Source of the DNA: a candidate division WOR-3 bacterium | Lineage (GTDB): Bacteria; Hydrothermota; Tepidihabitantia; SM23-42; JAOAFX01 | Direction of reading: 5' to 3' | NCBI GenBank assembly: GCA_039802265.1 | Contig: JBDRWI010000002.1 | Coordinates: 6,430-70,429 of the forward strand | DNA length: 64,000 bases | In this document: piece after piece, positions 1-9,034 of the stretch | How the letters are laid out: the number at the start of each line of letters is the position of its first letter | Position numbering within the stretch: position 1 is the stretch's first letter | Made by a program: the position numbers and the translations under genes | Notes under the pieces: model-generated | Told to the model about the DNA's origin: nothing | What the model saw: only the letters and a program-made list of their open reading frames with translations | The model's database searches: none

Positions 1-1
1 T

Positions 2-1093
2 ACACTCGGGCTTATTGCCGTGGTCATATCTATGTGGGTGAGCAATACTGCCACAACAGCAATGCTTTATCCAATAGGATTGGGAATTCTTAACACAATT
101 GCTCAATTGCAATCAAAAGATGTAAAGAAAATGAAATATTCTACGGGTCTTATGCTCATTATTGCATACGGCGCATCGGTCGGTGGCATTGGAACGCCTG
201 TGGGAACACCACCAAATCTTATCGGCATTGGATTGATTAAAGAACTTCTGGGTAAGAATATCACATTTTTCAGATGGCTGCTATTTGCAATACCAATGGT
301 TGCGATAATGTATATAGTTTTGTTCTTATTACTCAGATTGTTATTTCCACCAGGATTTAAAGAGCTCTCCGGGATTGAAGAGTATGTAGGAAGAGAAAAG
401 AAGGCGATGGGCAAAATTTCAACCGGGGAAAGGAATGTCTTGATTGCATTTTTGATTACGGTCTTTTTATGGGTATTTCCAGGTATACTGGCAATAATTT
501 TGGGTTCTGATGCCCCCTGCTGCAAATGGTGGGAGGTGCATATACCCGAAGGGCTCGCGGCAATAGTTGGTGCAGTTATTTTATTTATTCTGCCATTAGA
601 CTTGAAAGAGAAAAAAGGGACAATTACCTGGAAAGAAGCGGTGGATATTGACTGGGGAACGATTCTTTTGTTTGGGGGTGGATTGTCTTTGGGTAGTCTG
701 ATGTTTTCTACGGGTCTGGCTGAGAATATTGGAAAAGGAATTTTGAGCCTCACCGGTGCCAAGGGTCTTTTTTCAATAACCGCAATTTCAATTTTACTTG
801 CAATTATTACCAGTGAACTTACATCAAATACTGCTTCGGCAAATATGGTCATTCCAATAATGATATCGCTCGCAAAGGCGGCGAATGTCAATCCGTTTAT
901 ACCTGCGCTTGGCGCCTGTCTTGGTTCAAGTTACGGATTTATGCTGCCGGTATCAACACCACCCAATGCAATCATCTATGGCTCTGGTTACGTTCCGATT
1001 ACAAGGATGATCAGAGCAGGAATTATCTTTGACCTTTTAGGATTTTTGATAATCCTTGCCGGTGTATTTTTACTATTACCATTAATTGGATAA
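2..1093 (+). CDS. DASS-family (SLC13-like) divalent anion/dicarboxylate:Na+ symporter. 5'-partial: the ORF is open to the window edge.
   Basis: Polytopic hydrophobic protein. It carries the duplicated hairpin motifs 'GTPVGTPPNLIG' and 'PVSTPPNAIIYGSG' typical of DASS/CitT-like transporters. There is no stop between position 2 and the ATG at 20. Confidence 0.6.
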   Translation, partial: TLGLIAVVISMWVSNTATTAMLYPIGLGILNTIAQLQSKDVKKMKYSTGLMLIIAYGASVGGIGTPVGTPPNLIGIGLIKELLGKNITFFRWLLFAIPMVAIMYIVLFLLLRLLFPPGFKELSGIEEYVGREKKAMGKISTGERNVLIAFLITVFLWVFPGILAIILGSDAPCCKWWEVHIPEGLAAIVGAVILFILPLDLKEKKGTITWKEAVDIDWGTILLFGGGLSLGSLMFSTGLAENIGKGILSLTGAKGLFSITAISILLAIITSELTSNTASANMVIPIMISLAKAANVNPFIPALGACLGSSYGFMLPVSTPPNAIIYGSGYVPITRMIRAGIIFDLLGFLIILAGVFLLLPLIG

Positions 1094-1149
1094 TGGATTT
1101 TTATAAATTTGCAGACTTGACAGGGGAAGTTTTAAGGATATAATAAATT

Positions 1150-1704
1150 GTGAATAAATTCCCTGCCTTTATTTTTATAATTTTCAATTTTCTTAATGCT
1201 GGCGAGTTCATTAGGAATGGCAGTTTTGAAGATTCACTAAATTTCTGGAGTCCTTATGCACATGGTGAGACTTATACACTAAATGTAGATGAGAACTATG
1301 ATTCAGACCCGGATTCCGAAGTATATGTAGGAAGACTGGATAGATTGATAACCACAATCTATCAGGTCTGTTATGTACCAACCCTCGAACTCGACTTTTC
1401 TTTTAAGGCTCGTTTTTTTGCTAAAAGTTATGATACACTCCATCCACATCCGGCAATTGCATCAATTATATTATCCTACCTTGATACTGATGAGAATGTT
1501 CTTGGCGAGACTCGCATTTTCTATTATGCAGAAAGTCTTTACTGGCAACCATCGCCAATTTTACATCTTATTGAGATAAGTGATACAAATTGGTTTTCTG
1601 ATACAATTGGTATTCTGAATGAATTACAGAATCTTCCGGGCGTCGTTCCTTCTGAGATTGCGAAATTAAGGATAGTTTTATACTGTCAATCCTATGGTTG
1701 TTGA
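1150..1704 (+). CDS. N-terminal part of a secreted CBM-like/T9SS cargo protein. It ends at an in-frame TGA (1702-1704) and is in the same frame as the 1897..3078 ORF.
   Basis: Signal peptide MNKFPAFIFIIFNFLNAG. The 'IRNGSFEDSLNFW' start resembles CBM4_9-type carbohydrate-binding modules. Frame 1 continues with no further stop from 1705 into the downstream ORF. Confidence 0.5.
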   Translation: MNKFPAFIFIIFNFLNAGEFIRNGSFEDSLNFWSPYAHGETYTLNVDENYDSDPDSEVYVGRLDRLITTIYQVCYVPTLELDFSFKARFFAKSYDTLHPHPAIASIILSYLDTDENVLGETRIFYYAESLYWQPSPILHLIEISDTNWFSDTIGILNELQNLPGVVPSEIAKLRIVLYCQSYGC

Positions 1705-1896
1705 CCGGGACACGCCGAGGCGAAGGTCTTCGCCGATGATATAAGCCTTGCATATAATGGAACATCTGCCCATTGTACCTTAATTTCTTATTTTTTAGAT
1801 GACTCGGCAGGAAATTTTAATGGCATTTTAGACCCCGGTGAGGAAGTAGAACTTTATTATCTACTTAAGAATATTGGCGGAGTTGATATACAGAAT

Positions 1897-3078
1897 TTGA
1901 CCGGCGTTATTGTAAGTTCATCACCGTATCTTAGCATTCTAAATGGGAGTGCATATTTTGGTAGTGTTCCGATTGATTCTCTAATAAAAAATTCAAATCC
2001 CTTCAGAATTCAGGCACTACCTAATGCACCCCACGGCACGAGTAGTAATCTTGATTTGATTTTGAATGAAAATTCAGGTATTATTGACACAATCAGGATA
2101 AAGGTCATAATTGGCAAAAGAGATTATTTTGTCTGGGACCCGGACAGGAATAATTCAAGTGGTCCCATTGTTCATCTCATCCTTCAAAATCTTGGTTATA
2201 CCGGTGATTACGCAAATGCACAATTTTATTCCTTTGAGCATCTGAAAAATTATAAATCACTTTTTGTGTGCAGTGGTGTGGCATATAATAACTATGTTCT
2301 GTTTAAATACAGTTCTGAGGTCGCAAAGGTAGCAGATTTTATAAACTATGGCGGCAATGTATATCTTGAAGGCGGTGAATGCTGGGCATTTGACCCGTTT
2401 GTAATGCACGGTTTTAACTTTAACCCTTATTTTGGCATTAAGCCGATAAACGATGGATATATAAACATGGGACCGATTGAGGGTGAACCCAATACCTTCA
2501 CTGACCATATGTTATTCAGATACTGTGGTGAGAATTTGTGGCTTGACGATATTGATTCTACAGGAAGCGGGTTCAGGATATTTCGTGATAACGATGACAA
2601 TTACTATTGTGGAGTGGCAAACATAGCACCGGGATATAGAACTGTCGGAGTGTCATTTGAATTGTCCGGACTTATAGATAACGAGCCATATACAAAGGCA
2701 TCCCTTCTTGACTCAATAATGCATTTTTTCGGGATAAATCTTGTTGGTATTGAAGATTTAGAAAATCCGCAATCCGCAATCCGCAATCCGCAATTTTTAG
2801 AAGTTTATCCCAATCCATTCAGAAATAACTGTGTGATTAAAGCCGAAATCCCAATACCTCAAGAAGCGAACGGTCAGTACCCAGCAGTCAGTATAAAAAT
2901 ATTTAATGTAGCCGGCTGTTTGGTGAAACAATTTAACCATTTAGCCAATTGTCCATTTAACCAGATAGTCTGGTCTGGTAATGATGAACTGGGTCGCAAA
3001 TTACCTGCTGGTATCTATTTTGTCAAATTGGAGGCGGGCGACTTCAAAAAGGTGGAGAAGGTAAATTTATTAAGATAA
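1897..3078 (+). CDS. C-terminal part of the same secreted protein, ending in a Por/T9SS C-terminal sorting domain. The ORF-track start is a TTG, but the frame is open back to the TGA at 1702.
   Basis: The C-terminus 'EVYPNPFRNNCVIKAEIP...GIYFVKLEAGDFKKVEKVNLLR' matches the Por secretion C-terminal tail pattern (YPNPF...lyd..GrlV....G.Y.v.l). Confidence 0.6.
   Translation: MTGVIVSSSPYLSILNGSAYFGSVPIDSLIKNSNPFRIQALPNAPHGTSSNLDLILNENSGIIDTIRIKVIIGKRDYFVWDPDRNNSSGPIVHLILQNLGYTGDYANAQFYSFEHLKNYKSLFVCSGVAYNNYVLFKYSSEVAKVADFINYGGNVYLEGGECWAFDPFVMHGFNFNPYFGIKPINDGYINMGPIEGEPNTFTDHMLFRYCGENLWLDDIDSTGSGFRIFRDNDDNYYCGVANIAPGYRTVGVSFELSGLIDNEPYTKASLLDSIMHFFGINLVGIEDLENPQSAIRNPQFLEVYPNPFRNNCVIKAEIPIPQEANGQYPAVSIKIFNVAGCLVKQFNHLANCPFNQIVWSGNDELGRKLPAGIYFVKLEAGDFKKVEKVNLLR
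2764..2794 (+). repeat. Heptanucleotide microsatellite (AATCCGC)x4 plus a partial fifth unit, inside a coding region.
   Basis: Direct reading of 'aatccgcaatccgcaatccgcaatccgcaat'. The 7-bp unit is not a multiple of 3. Confidence 0.9.
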
Positions 3079-3183
3079 GGGTGAAGAAGGAAGAATAAGG
3101 GTAAAAGGGGATAGAAGTTTTTAGACCGAATGCCGAAAGACAATAGACGATACTGGCTGCGAAACCGTATAACGAGAGACGAA

Positions 3184-4002
3184 TTAGAAGGAGGGAGTGG
3201 AAGTAAATTGTAACAATCTTTCTTTATACTTTTTTGCCTGAATATAGCCTCTCTCAATTGCCTCTTTAGCCTTTTCAAACTGGCTTAGGCCAATACCGGT
3301 TGTATCAATGTCTATCCACACACCATTCTTGAGTTGTTTAATGTTATATTCAATCAATCTTGAACTTATCAAATCAAATGTTTTTACAAAGATATCTTTT
3401 ATACTATATTCTTTTTCTGAATCTTGTTTGGCATTAATTTGAATTCGTGGATATTCAAATCTATGAAGAACATTTACTGCTATGACTTTTTTTGCACCAA
3501 GATTTATTGCTACATCTACGGGTACGGGATTAATAAATCCTCCGTCAATAAGAACCCTTCCGCTATATTTATTGGGTGTAAATACAATCGGGATTGCTAT
3601 TGAAGATCTTATCGCCTGAATCAGATCACCACGGTCAATAATAATTTCAACATTCTCTTCTATATCGGTAGCAACCGCCGCATATTTTATTGGCAATTCT
3701 TCAATTTTTGTATCACCAAGATAAGGCTTCAGGAATTTAATAATGTTTTTTCCATTAATAAACCCTTTTTTAGAGATATGGAATCTGAATAAGTTTTTCT
3801 TTTCCTTTTTGTCTATCTTTAATGCAATCTCTTCCATCTGTTTTGCTGTAAATCCCCTTGCATAAAATCCACCAATCAGTGAGCCCATACTTGCACCGAC
3901 AACAATATCCGGTTTAATATTCAATTCTTCAAGAAATTTAATTACGCCGATATGGGCATATCCTTTTGCTGCACCACCGCTTAAAACGAGACCGAGCATC
4001 AT
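3184..4002 (-). CDS. Patatin-like phospholipase (RssA-like).
   Basis: Gly-rich oxyanion motif 'LSGGAAKGYAHIGV'. GxSxG nucleophile 'GASMG'. Catalytic DGG 'LIDGGFINPVP'. Confidence 0.85.
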   Translation of the reverse strand: MMLGLVLSGGAAKGYAHIGVIKFLEELNIKPDIVVGASMGSLIGGFYARGFTAKQMEEIALKIDKKEKKNLFRFHISKKGFINGKNIIKFLKPYLGDTKIEELPIKYAAVATDIEENVEIIIDRGDLIQAIRSSIAIPIVFTPNKYSGRVLIDGGFINPVPVDVAINLGAKKVIAVNVLHRFEYPRIQINAKQDSEKEYSIKDIFVKTFDLISSRLIEYNIKQLKNGVWIDIDTTGIGLSQFEKAKEAIERGYIQAKKYKERLLQFTSTPSF

Positions 4003-4989
4003 TCAAAAGATTATTATTTTGCTCAAAGGACTATTGAGGTCTATTATATTTTTGAGGTCTTTGTAAGGTATTTCAACTGTGTAATATCCTTCAACATAGG
4101 GACCAACAGTGTAAGGAGAGAATATAAATTCCAGTCCACTTGGAGTTATAACGAAGTTGTCTAATAATTCTGAAACATCTTTTATTTCCCCTTCAACAAC
4201 GAAGGATGCCCCTTGCTTCTTTAGACTACGGATACAGATGTCAGAAATTATCTTCAGATAATTAGAATTCAGAACGAATAAATCTCCGAGTTCAATCTCC
4301 TTAATAATCTCAGAGGTGAGCAAGATATTGAGGGTAGGATAGTCGGTATAGCCATGCGCAGCGCCCGGATAATAACTATAGGAAATAAAAGAAAGGCTTA
4401 TAATTTCATTGGAGAAATATTCTATATTGTAATCTTCGGAATATTCAGGGGGCGAGGTTTCAAGGCCCGCCGATTCATCTATAGAGGCTATGAAGTCGTT
4501 ATACCTGGAGAGTGCCCTGTTTCTTAGCGTCTCATTTAACATCTCCTCCAACTTTTTATTATCTATGTAAAACTTGGGATATTTGACACACACATCATAA
4601 TGTTCTGATTTGAATTCTTTTTCCTGCGCGATCAATTTCAAATTGTACGGAAATTTCTTCTTTCCATCCGGATTTGACCACTCGCCAGTAAGTTTATTAG
4701 AATCTTTTAACGAACCTTTAAAAATGCCAGTTAAATTTCCATTCGCATACTCACAAATTTTAAAACTTTTATCTTGGTTGATATTACCTTTCAATTGAAT
4801 GTATTTATTTATTTTATAATAAAAGTAGTAACCATTCACACTATCTTTTTCAATCTTAAGCTCCATATAAATCTTATGGTTCCGGCCGATAATGCCCCAA
4901 TAATGATTTCTGTAGTTTGATTCCCGGGCGTTTAAGTTATCTATGAAACATAAGATTATACAAAAAAACATTATATTTTTATTTGCCAT
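4003..4989 (-). CDS. Secreted hypothetical protein, possibly DUF3298/DUF4163 (RsiV-like) family.
   Basis: N-terminal signal peptide MANKNIMFFCIILCFIDNLNA. 'YYPGAAHGYTDY' resembles the GGAHG motif I associate with DUF3298. Its stop/start abuts the patatin gene (4002/4003). Confidence 0.4.
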   Translation of the reverse strand: MANKNIMFFCIILCFIDNLNARESNYRNHYWGIIGRNHKIYMELKIEKDSVNGYYFYYKINKYIQLKGNINQDKSFKICEYANGNLTGIFKGSLKDSNKLTGEWSNPDGKKKFPYNLKLIAQEKEFKSEHYDVCVKYPKFYIDNKKLEEMLNETLRNRALSRYNDFIASIDESAGLETSPPEYSEDYNIEYFSNEIISLSFISYSYYPGAAHGYTDYPTLNILLTSEIIKEIELGDLFVLNSNYLKIISDICIRSLKKQGASFVVEGEIKDVSELLDNFVITPSGLEFIFSPYTVGPYVEGYYTVEIPYKDLKNIIDLNSPLSKIIIF

Positions 4990-5232
4990 ACTTTCTCCTT
5001 TTTATCAAGATACATTTGGCTAAATTCCATAACATCTAAGAGGTTTCTTCTAAATATAATTTATGCCTTTTCATTTCAATTACATTTTTAAATATATGCA
5101 GAAATCAATAAAAATCAAGGGGATATTGGTCTATTGTTTTGGAAAAAGCCTGTTAATATTTCTCTATGGGATAAAAAATAATACTTGACCAATAAAAAAT
5201 TTTAATTAAAATTATAATGCAATGGAGGAACC

Positions 5233-6303
5233 ATGCACAGGTTTGTTATAGTCTTTATTCCCCTGATAGTTTCTTCGAATCCTTATCTTACGGGTGTTAT
5301 CAATGAATTTCAGACTGATACCATCCTCGGGCAAAAGTTTGAATTCCACCCAATTGATTATGGCTTTTCCCTTCCACTTTTTAATTCAGAGGTTATAACA
5401 CCGGCGGGTACTTCCTATGTTAATACATTGATTAACAATCCTCCCTGTGGTTATACCGTTATTGATACATCAATTTTAGAAGGACCATTCTATTTGCCGT
5501 TAGATAATGGTTTTATAGAAATCTTTTTACCTGAATATTACCTGGATTGCATTGCTTATACTGATACCTTCCATTCTCCAATTTTTGCCCCTCCAATGGG
5601 TTCTTCAGCGGCACGGTTTATATACAAAAAAAATGGTTTAACCAAATTGGACTGGTATATAGATTACACACCAACGCTGGGTGGAGATAATGACGACTAT
5701 CCAGGGTGCATTATTTCTGGCCATGTCTATTTTAATTACGCTCCTGTTGAAAGCGCACGGGTGACCGCTGTCTGTACGGATAGTATCCAGACCCCGGGGC
5801 CATTTCATACCGCTTGCACTACATATACAGATAATACAGGTTTTTACCATTTTGACAGCCTCTGGCCGGCGAGATACTGGATGACCGCTGTCTTGGGTTC
5901 TTATCAGCCGCCGGGTGAATTGTCTCCAGAATTGTGTGCCCTCTGGCCGACGGATTTTGATTTCTATTTTGTAGAAATGGAGGAAAATCTATCCTTTGTT
6001 TCACCGGAACAAATGCTGTTCTCCGTCTATCCGAATCCTTTCAAAAATTTTTGTGTGATTCGCTACGCACTGAGTAAGAGTATGTCTGGTACTTACTCCG
6101 CAACGCCTACCATTCGTATTTATGATGTTACAGGGAGGCTGGTGAGGCAGTTTGATTGCCTATCTACCAGTCAATTTAGCCAAAATCAAATTCTCTGGAA
6201 TGGTAAAGATAGGACAGATACCAAGTTAACGCCTGGTCTTTACTATATCGTTTTAGAGTCACCCGAATATAAAAGTGTTAAAAAGGCGGTGATGATAAGA
6301 TAA
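5233..6303 (+). CDS. Secreted protein with a carboxypeptidase-regulatory-like beta-sandwich region and a T9SS C-terminal sorting domain.
   Basis: Strong SD 'GGAGGAACC' before the ATG. C-terminus 'SVYPNPFKNFCVIRY...IRIYDVTGRLVRQF...GLYYIVLESPEYKSVKKAVMIR'. 'GHVYFNYAPVESARVTAV...TDNTGFYHF' resembles a CarboxypepD_reg domain. Confidence 0.6.
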   Translation: MHRFVIVFIPLIVSSNPYLTGVINEFQTDTILGQKFEFHPIDYGFSLPLFNSEVITPAGTSYVNTLINNPPCGYTVIDTSILEGPFYLPLDNGFIEIFLPEYYLDCIAYTDTFHSPIFAPPMGSSAARFIYKKNGLTKLDWYIDYTPTLGGDNDDYPGCIISGHVYFNYAPVESARVTAVCTDSIQTPGPFHTACTTYTDNTGFYHFDSLWPARYWMTAVLGSYQPPGELSPELCALWPTDFDFYFVEMEENLSFVSPEQMLFSVYPNPFKNFCVIRYALSKSMSGTYSATPTIRIYDVTGRLVRQFDCLSTSQFSQNQILWNGKDRTDTKLTPGLYYIVLESPEYKSVKKAVMIR

Positions 6304-6438
6304 TTTTTTATTGACTTCAGTAGAATTTTTTATATAATCTACTGACTGCTTCTTTTATGGACCGATTGTGAAGGGGAGGAGTAGGAGTTTTTTTAAAATA
6401 AATGTTTTGAACAGATGGTGCGTATATAAGATCTGTCG

Positions 6439-6512
6439 CGGGGCGTGGCGCAGTGGCTTAGCGCACTTGGTTTGGGACCAAGGGGTCGTGGGTTCAAATC
6501 CCTCCGCCCCGA
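6439..6512 (+). tRNA. tRNA-Pro (anticodon TGG).
   Basis: Acceptor CGGGGCG/CGCCCCG. D-arm GCGC-AGTGGCTTA-GCGC. Anticodon stem CTTGG/CCAAG with loop TTTGGGA. T-loop TTCAAAT. One U-U mismatch in the T-stem. Confidence 0.85.
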
Positions 6513-6530
6513 TTTTTTAAATTTTTAAGC
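6513..6530 (+). terminator. T-tract immediately after the tRNA-Pro acceptor helix; plausible transcription stop.
   Basis: 'GATTTTTTAAATTTTT' directly follows the GC-rich acceptor/T-arm helix. Confidence 0.3.
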
Positions 6531-6548
6531 ATAATCTAAGGAGAATAG

Positions 6549-8078
6549 ATGAAAAAAATATTACTAATATCCTTCGCTATATCATTTTTAATGGGAATTG
6601 ATTATAACACCATCCCATTATTAAGATGGGCGGGACCAGCAGGGACGAAGCCGGGAACTTATGAAGACTGGATAACGCAGAGTCCATGTTCAGAATTCTC
6701 TTACTTCCTGCATAAAATAGTTTATGGTGATGGCAGGGCAGGTAATGTAGCCATTTTAACCCAGGCGAGCATCGCGGGGGCATTAACAAATGAGATAAAT
6801 CAATTAATAAACAATTTACAATCTGAGGGTTATACGGTGCTCAGTTATCAGGTATCCGGAGGAACACCGGAAACCCTGCGCACTTTTCTACAGAATCTTT
6901 ACACCAACAATAACATTGAAGGTGCACTTTTTATTGGCAATCTACCCGTTGCCTGGTTTGAGATTGCTAACGACTTTAATCAATATGGCTATACGGAGTT
7001 TCCCATTGACTTGTTCTATATGGATTTGAATGGAAACTGGCTTGACACAATGAACACGGGTAATGGAAGGTATGATGGTCATACTGGTGATATAAGTCCA
7101 GAGATCTATATCGGCAGGCTAATGCCAACCGGAATTGGTATAGACACGTTATTATTAAAGAACTATTTTAGAAAAGATAATGCCTATCGACATGATACAC
7201 TTGAACTACAACATCGGGCGCTTTTCTTCTGTGACGATGACTGGATTCCTTTTGCCGCCCAATGGGCATATGAAGTCTCCTTATTATATCCGGATACAAT
7301 GAATTACTGGAATGCAGAGACAACCAGGGCAGCGATCTATCGAATTAAACTTGATTCCTGTCAGGCCTGGGTTAGTGTCTTTGCCCACTCCTGGCCCGGA
7401 GGACATCAATTTACATATAACAATGGGAATGCGCATGATTATTATTATTCTTATGAGTATACAAACCAAAATCCTCCAACAAATTTTTATAACCACTTTG
7501 CCTGTTCATTTGCCCGTTATACTGAAAATGGATACGGCGGTGGCAGGTCAATCTTCAATCAGAGTTACGGACTGGGTGCTATTGGTTCAACAAAGACCGG
7601 CAGTATGCTTGACTTTTACTATTTTTACGCGCCCCTTTCTGAACAGAAGACATTGGGTCAGGCATTCAAAGACTGGTTCACCCATATTACTGCAAACGGT
7701 GTTACCTTTGATGAATTGTGCTGGCATTATGGTATGACCCTTCTGGCAGATCCGTGGTTAAAACCAACGGGGCACAATTTTGAAATTGCTGAGGCTATCA
7801 AAGATAAGGCTTCGCCTCTAATTATATATCAAAATCCATCGGTTAGCCAGGTGAAGATTTTCCTTGGTATCAGTTCGCCCGGTGCTGTTAAATTGATTGT
7901 TTATGACTGTCTTGGTAGGGTTGTAAAGAGATTAATATCAAACCAATATACTAAATCAAATCAATGGATATTATGGCGATTCAATGATGAAAATGGTAAG
8001 ACGGTGCCTCCGGGTGTTTATATAGTCAGTGCGGAAGTGTCCGGGAAGGTCTATAAAGCAAAGGTAATTAAACTTTGA
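6549..8078 (+). CDS. Secreted gingipain-like (peptidase C25-like) domain protein with a T9SS C-terminal sorting domain.
   Basis: Signal peptide. 'LFIGNLPVAWFE...DLFYMDLNGNW...GDISPEIYIGRL' resembles the C25 N-terminal core. Candidate His and Cys sit in 'FAHSWPGGH' and 'HFACSF'. CTD 'IIYQNPSVSQVKIFLG...LIVYDCLGRVVKRL...GVYIVSAEV'. Confidence 0.45.
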   Translation: MKKILLISFAISFLMGIDYNTIPLLRWAGPAGTKPGTYEDWITQSPCSEFSYFLHKIVYGDGRAGNVAILTQASIAGALTNEINQLINNLQSEGYTVLSYQVSGGTPETLRTFLQNLYTNNNIEGALFIGNLPVAWFEIANDFNQYGYTEFPIDLFYMDLNGNWLDTMNTGNGRYDGHTGDISPEIYIGRLMPTGIGIDTLLLKNYFRKDNAYRHDTLELQHRALFFCDDDWIPFAAQWAYEVSLLYPDTMNYWNAETTRAAIYRIKLDSCQAWVSVFAHSWPGGHQFTYNNGNAHDYYYSYEYTNQNPPTNFYNHFACSFARYTENGYGGGRSIFNQSYGLGAIGSTKTGSMLDFYYFYAPLSEQKTLGQAFKDWFTHITANGVTFDELCWHYGMTLLADPWLKPTGHNFEIAEAIKDKASPLIIYQNPSVSQVKIFLGISSPGAVKLIVYDCLGRVVKRLISNQYTKSNQWILWRFNDENGKTVPPGVYIVSAEVSGKVYKAKVIKL

Positions 8079-8150
8079 TAATTGTATATACCCATTTTTA
8101 AATTCAGTTTCGGTATTGACACCGAACTTTAAGCCATTATAATAACCCTG

Positions 8151-9032
8151 ATGAGCGCGGAAGAGCTCTCTAATAGAATTGAGGATTTTCTAATTTACCT
8201 AAAGAAAGAGAAAAACTATTCAAATTGTACCCTGCGCGGATACAGGGCTGACTTAAGGCAATTTTTTGATTATTTTAAGGAAAAGAAAATAGCGCTGATT
8301 GATTATAATGAAATCGTTCAGTATTTAGCCTTTCTTTTAAAATATGGTGCAGGTCCCCGCAGCGTTGCCCGTAAGTTGTCAGCCTTAAAATCATTTTTTA
8401 AATTCCTAAAAAAAAGTGGCGTTATCCCGGAGAATTTCGTTCAGGGCATAAGGTCACCAAAGATGAAACGGCATCTTCCTGGCTTTTTGACCTATAACCA
8501 GATAAGTGATACATTTGAGAAAATCCAGGATTTAAGAGACCGGGCAATTATGGAGGTTTTATATTCCTGTGGACTGAGAGCAGGGGAACTTGTCGGATTG
8601 AATCTTGAGGATTTGGATTTAAACAGAGAGGAGATAAGGGTGAAAGGGAAGGGAAGGAAGGAGCGCATTGTTCCCCTGGGCCGGGTTGCCCTGAAGGCGA
8701 TTCTTAAATACCTGCCCGAACGGCGACAGCGGTGTCGAGATAAACCTGATACCCGGGCACTTTTTTTGAATTATCGCGGTGAGCGTTTGACAACGCGCTC
8801 TTTGCAGCGGATTGTCCGCAGGTATCTTATAAATTGTGCCAATGCCTCAGGAACAAATCCGCACATCTTGAGACACTCCTTTGCTACACATCTTTTAGAA
8901 CACGGTGCGGACTTGCGTGCGGTTCAGGAATTGCTCGGACATTCCAGCCTTGCCACAGTTCAGATTTATACACATCTAACAACAAAAAGGTTAAGAGAAA
9001 TATACCAGAGGGCGCATCCACGGGCAGATTGA
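8151..9032 (+). CDS. xerC: Tyrosine site-specific recombinase, XerC/XerD family.
   Basis: N-terminal 'RGYRADLRQFFDYF' core-binding domain. C-terminal 'HILRHSFATHLLEHGADLRAVQELLGHSSLATVQIYTHL' carries the R-H-R-Y catalytic signature. Confidence 0.85.
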   Translation: MSAEELSNRIEDFLIYLKKEKNYSNCTLRGYRADLRQFFDYFKEKKIALIDYNEIVQYLAFLLKYGAGPRSVARKLSALKSFFKFLKKSGVIPENFVQGIRSPKMKRHLPGFLTYNQISDTFEKIQDLRDRAIMEVLYSCGLRAGELVGLNLEDLDLNREEIRVKGKGRKERIVPLGRVALKAILKYLPERRQRCRDKPDTRALFLNYRGERLTTRSLQRIVRRYLINCANASGTNPHILRHSFATHLLEHGADLRAVQELLGHSSLATVQIYTHLTTKRLREIYQRAHPRAD

Positions 9033-9034
9033 TT

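Noticed and set aside
103-891. 262-aa ORF antisense to the DASS transporter.
   Set aside because: It lies entirely inside a strongly supported gene on the other strand, has low-complexity composition and no motif. A typical shadow ORF.
1702-1704. TGA reassigned to Gly, as in SR1/Gracilibacteria.
   Set aside because: TGA clearly terminates many well-conserved genes here, for example the 6549..8078 gene and xerC, so the standard code applies.
6399-6430. Sigma70 promoter upstream of tRNA-Pro (TTGAAC ... TATATAAG).
   Set aside because: The spacer between the best -35 and -10 candidates is only 10-12 nt. I could not find a well-spaced pair, so I did not call it.
6439-9032. tRNA-Pro followed within 1.7 kb by a tyrosine recombinase: a possible integrative-element junction.
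   Set aside because: The recombinase is short (293 aa) with a XerC/XerD-type N-terminal core-binding domain, not a phage-integrase architecture. I found no direct repeat of the tRNA 3' end elsewhere in the window. The intervening gene is an ordinary T9SS cargo. Most likely housekeeping xerC/D.
8834-9034. 5' extension of the 206-aa ORF overlapping the xerC 3' end.
   Set aside because: It overlaps the conserved xerC catalytic C-terminus in another frame. The real start is the ATG at 9035, followed by a lipoprotein-type N-terminus.
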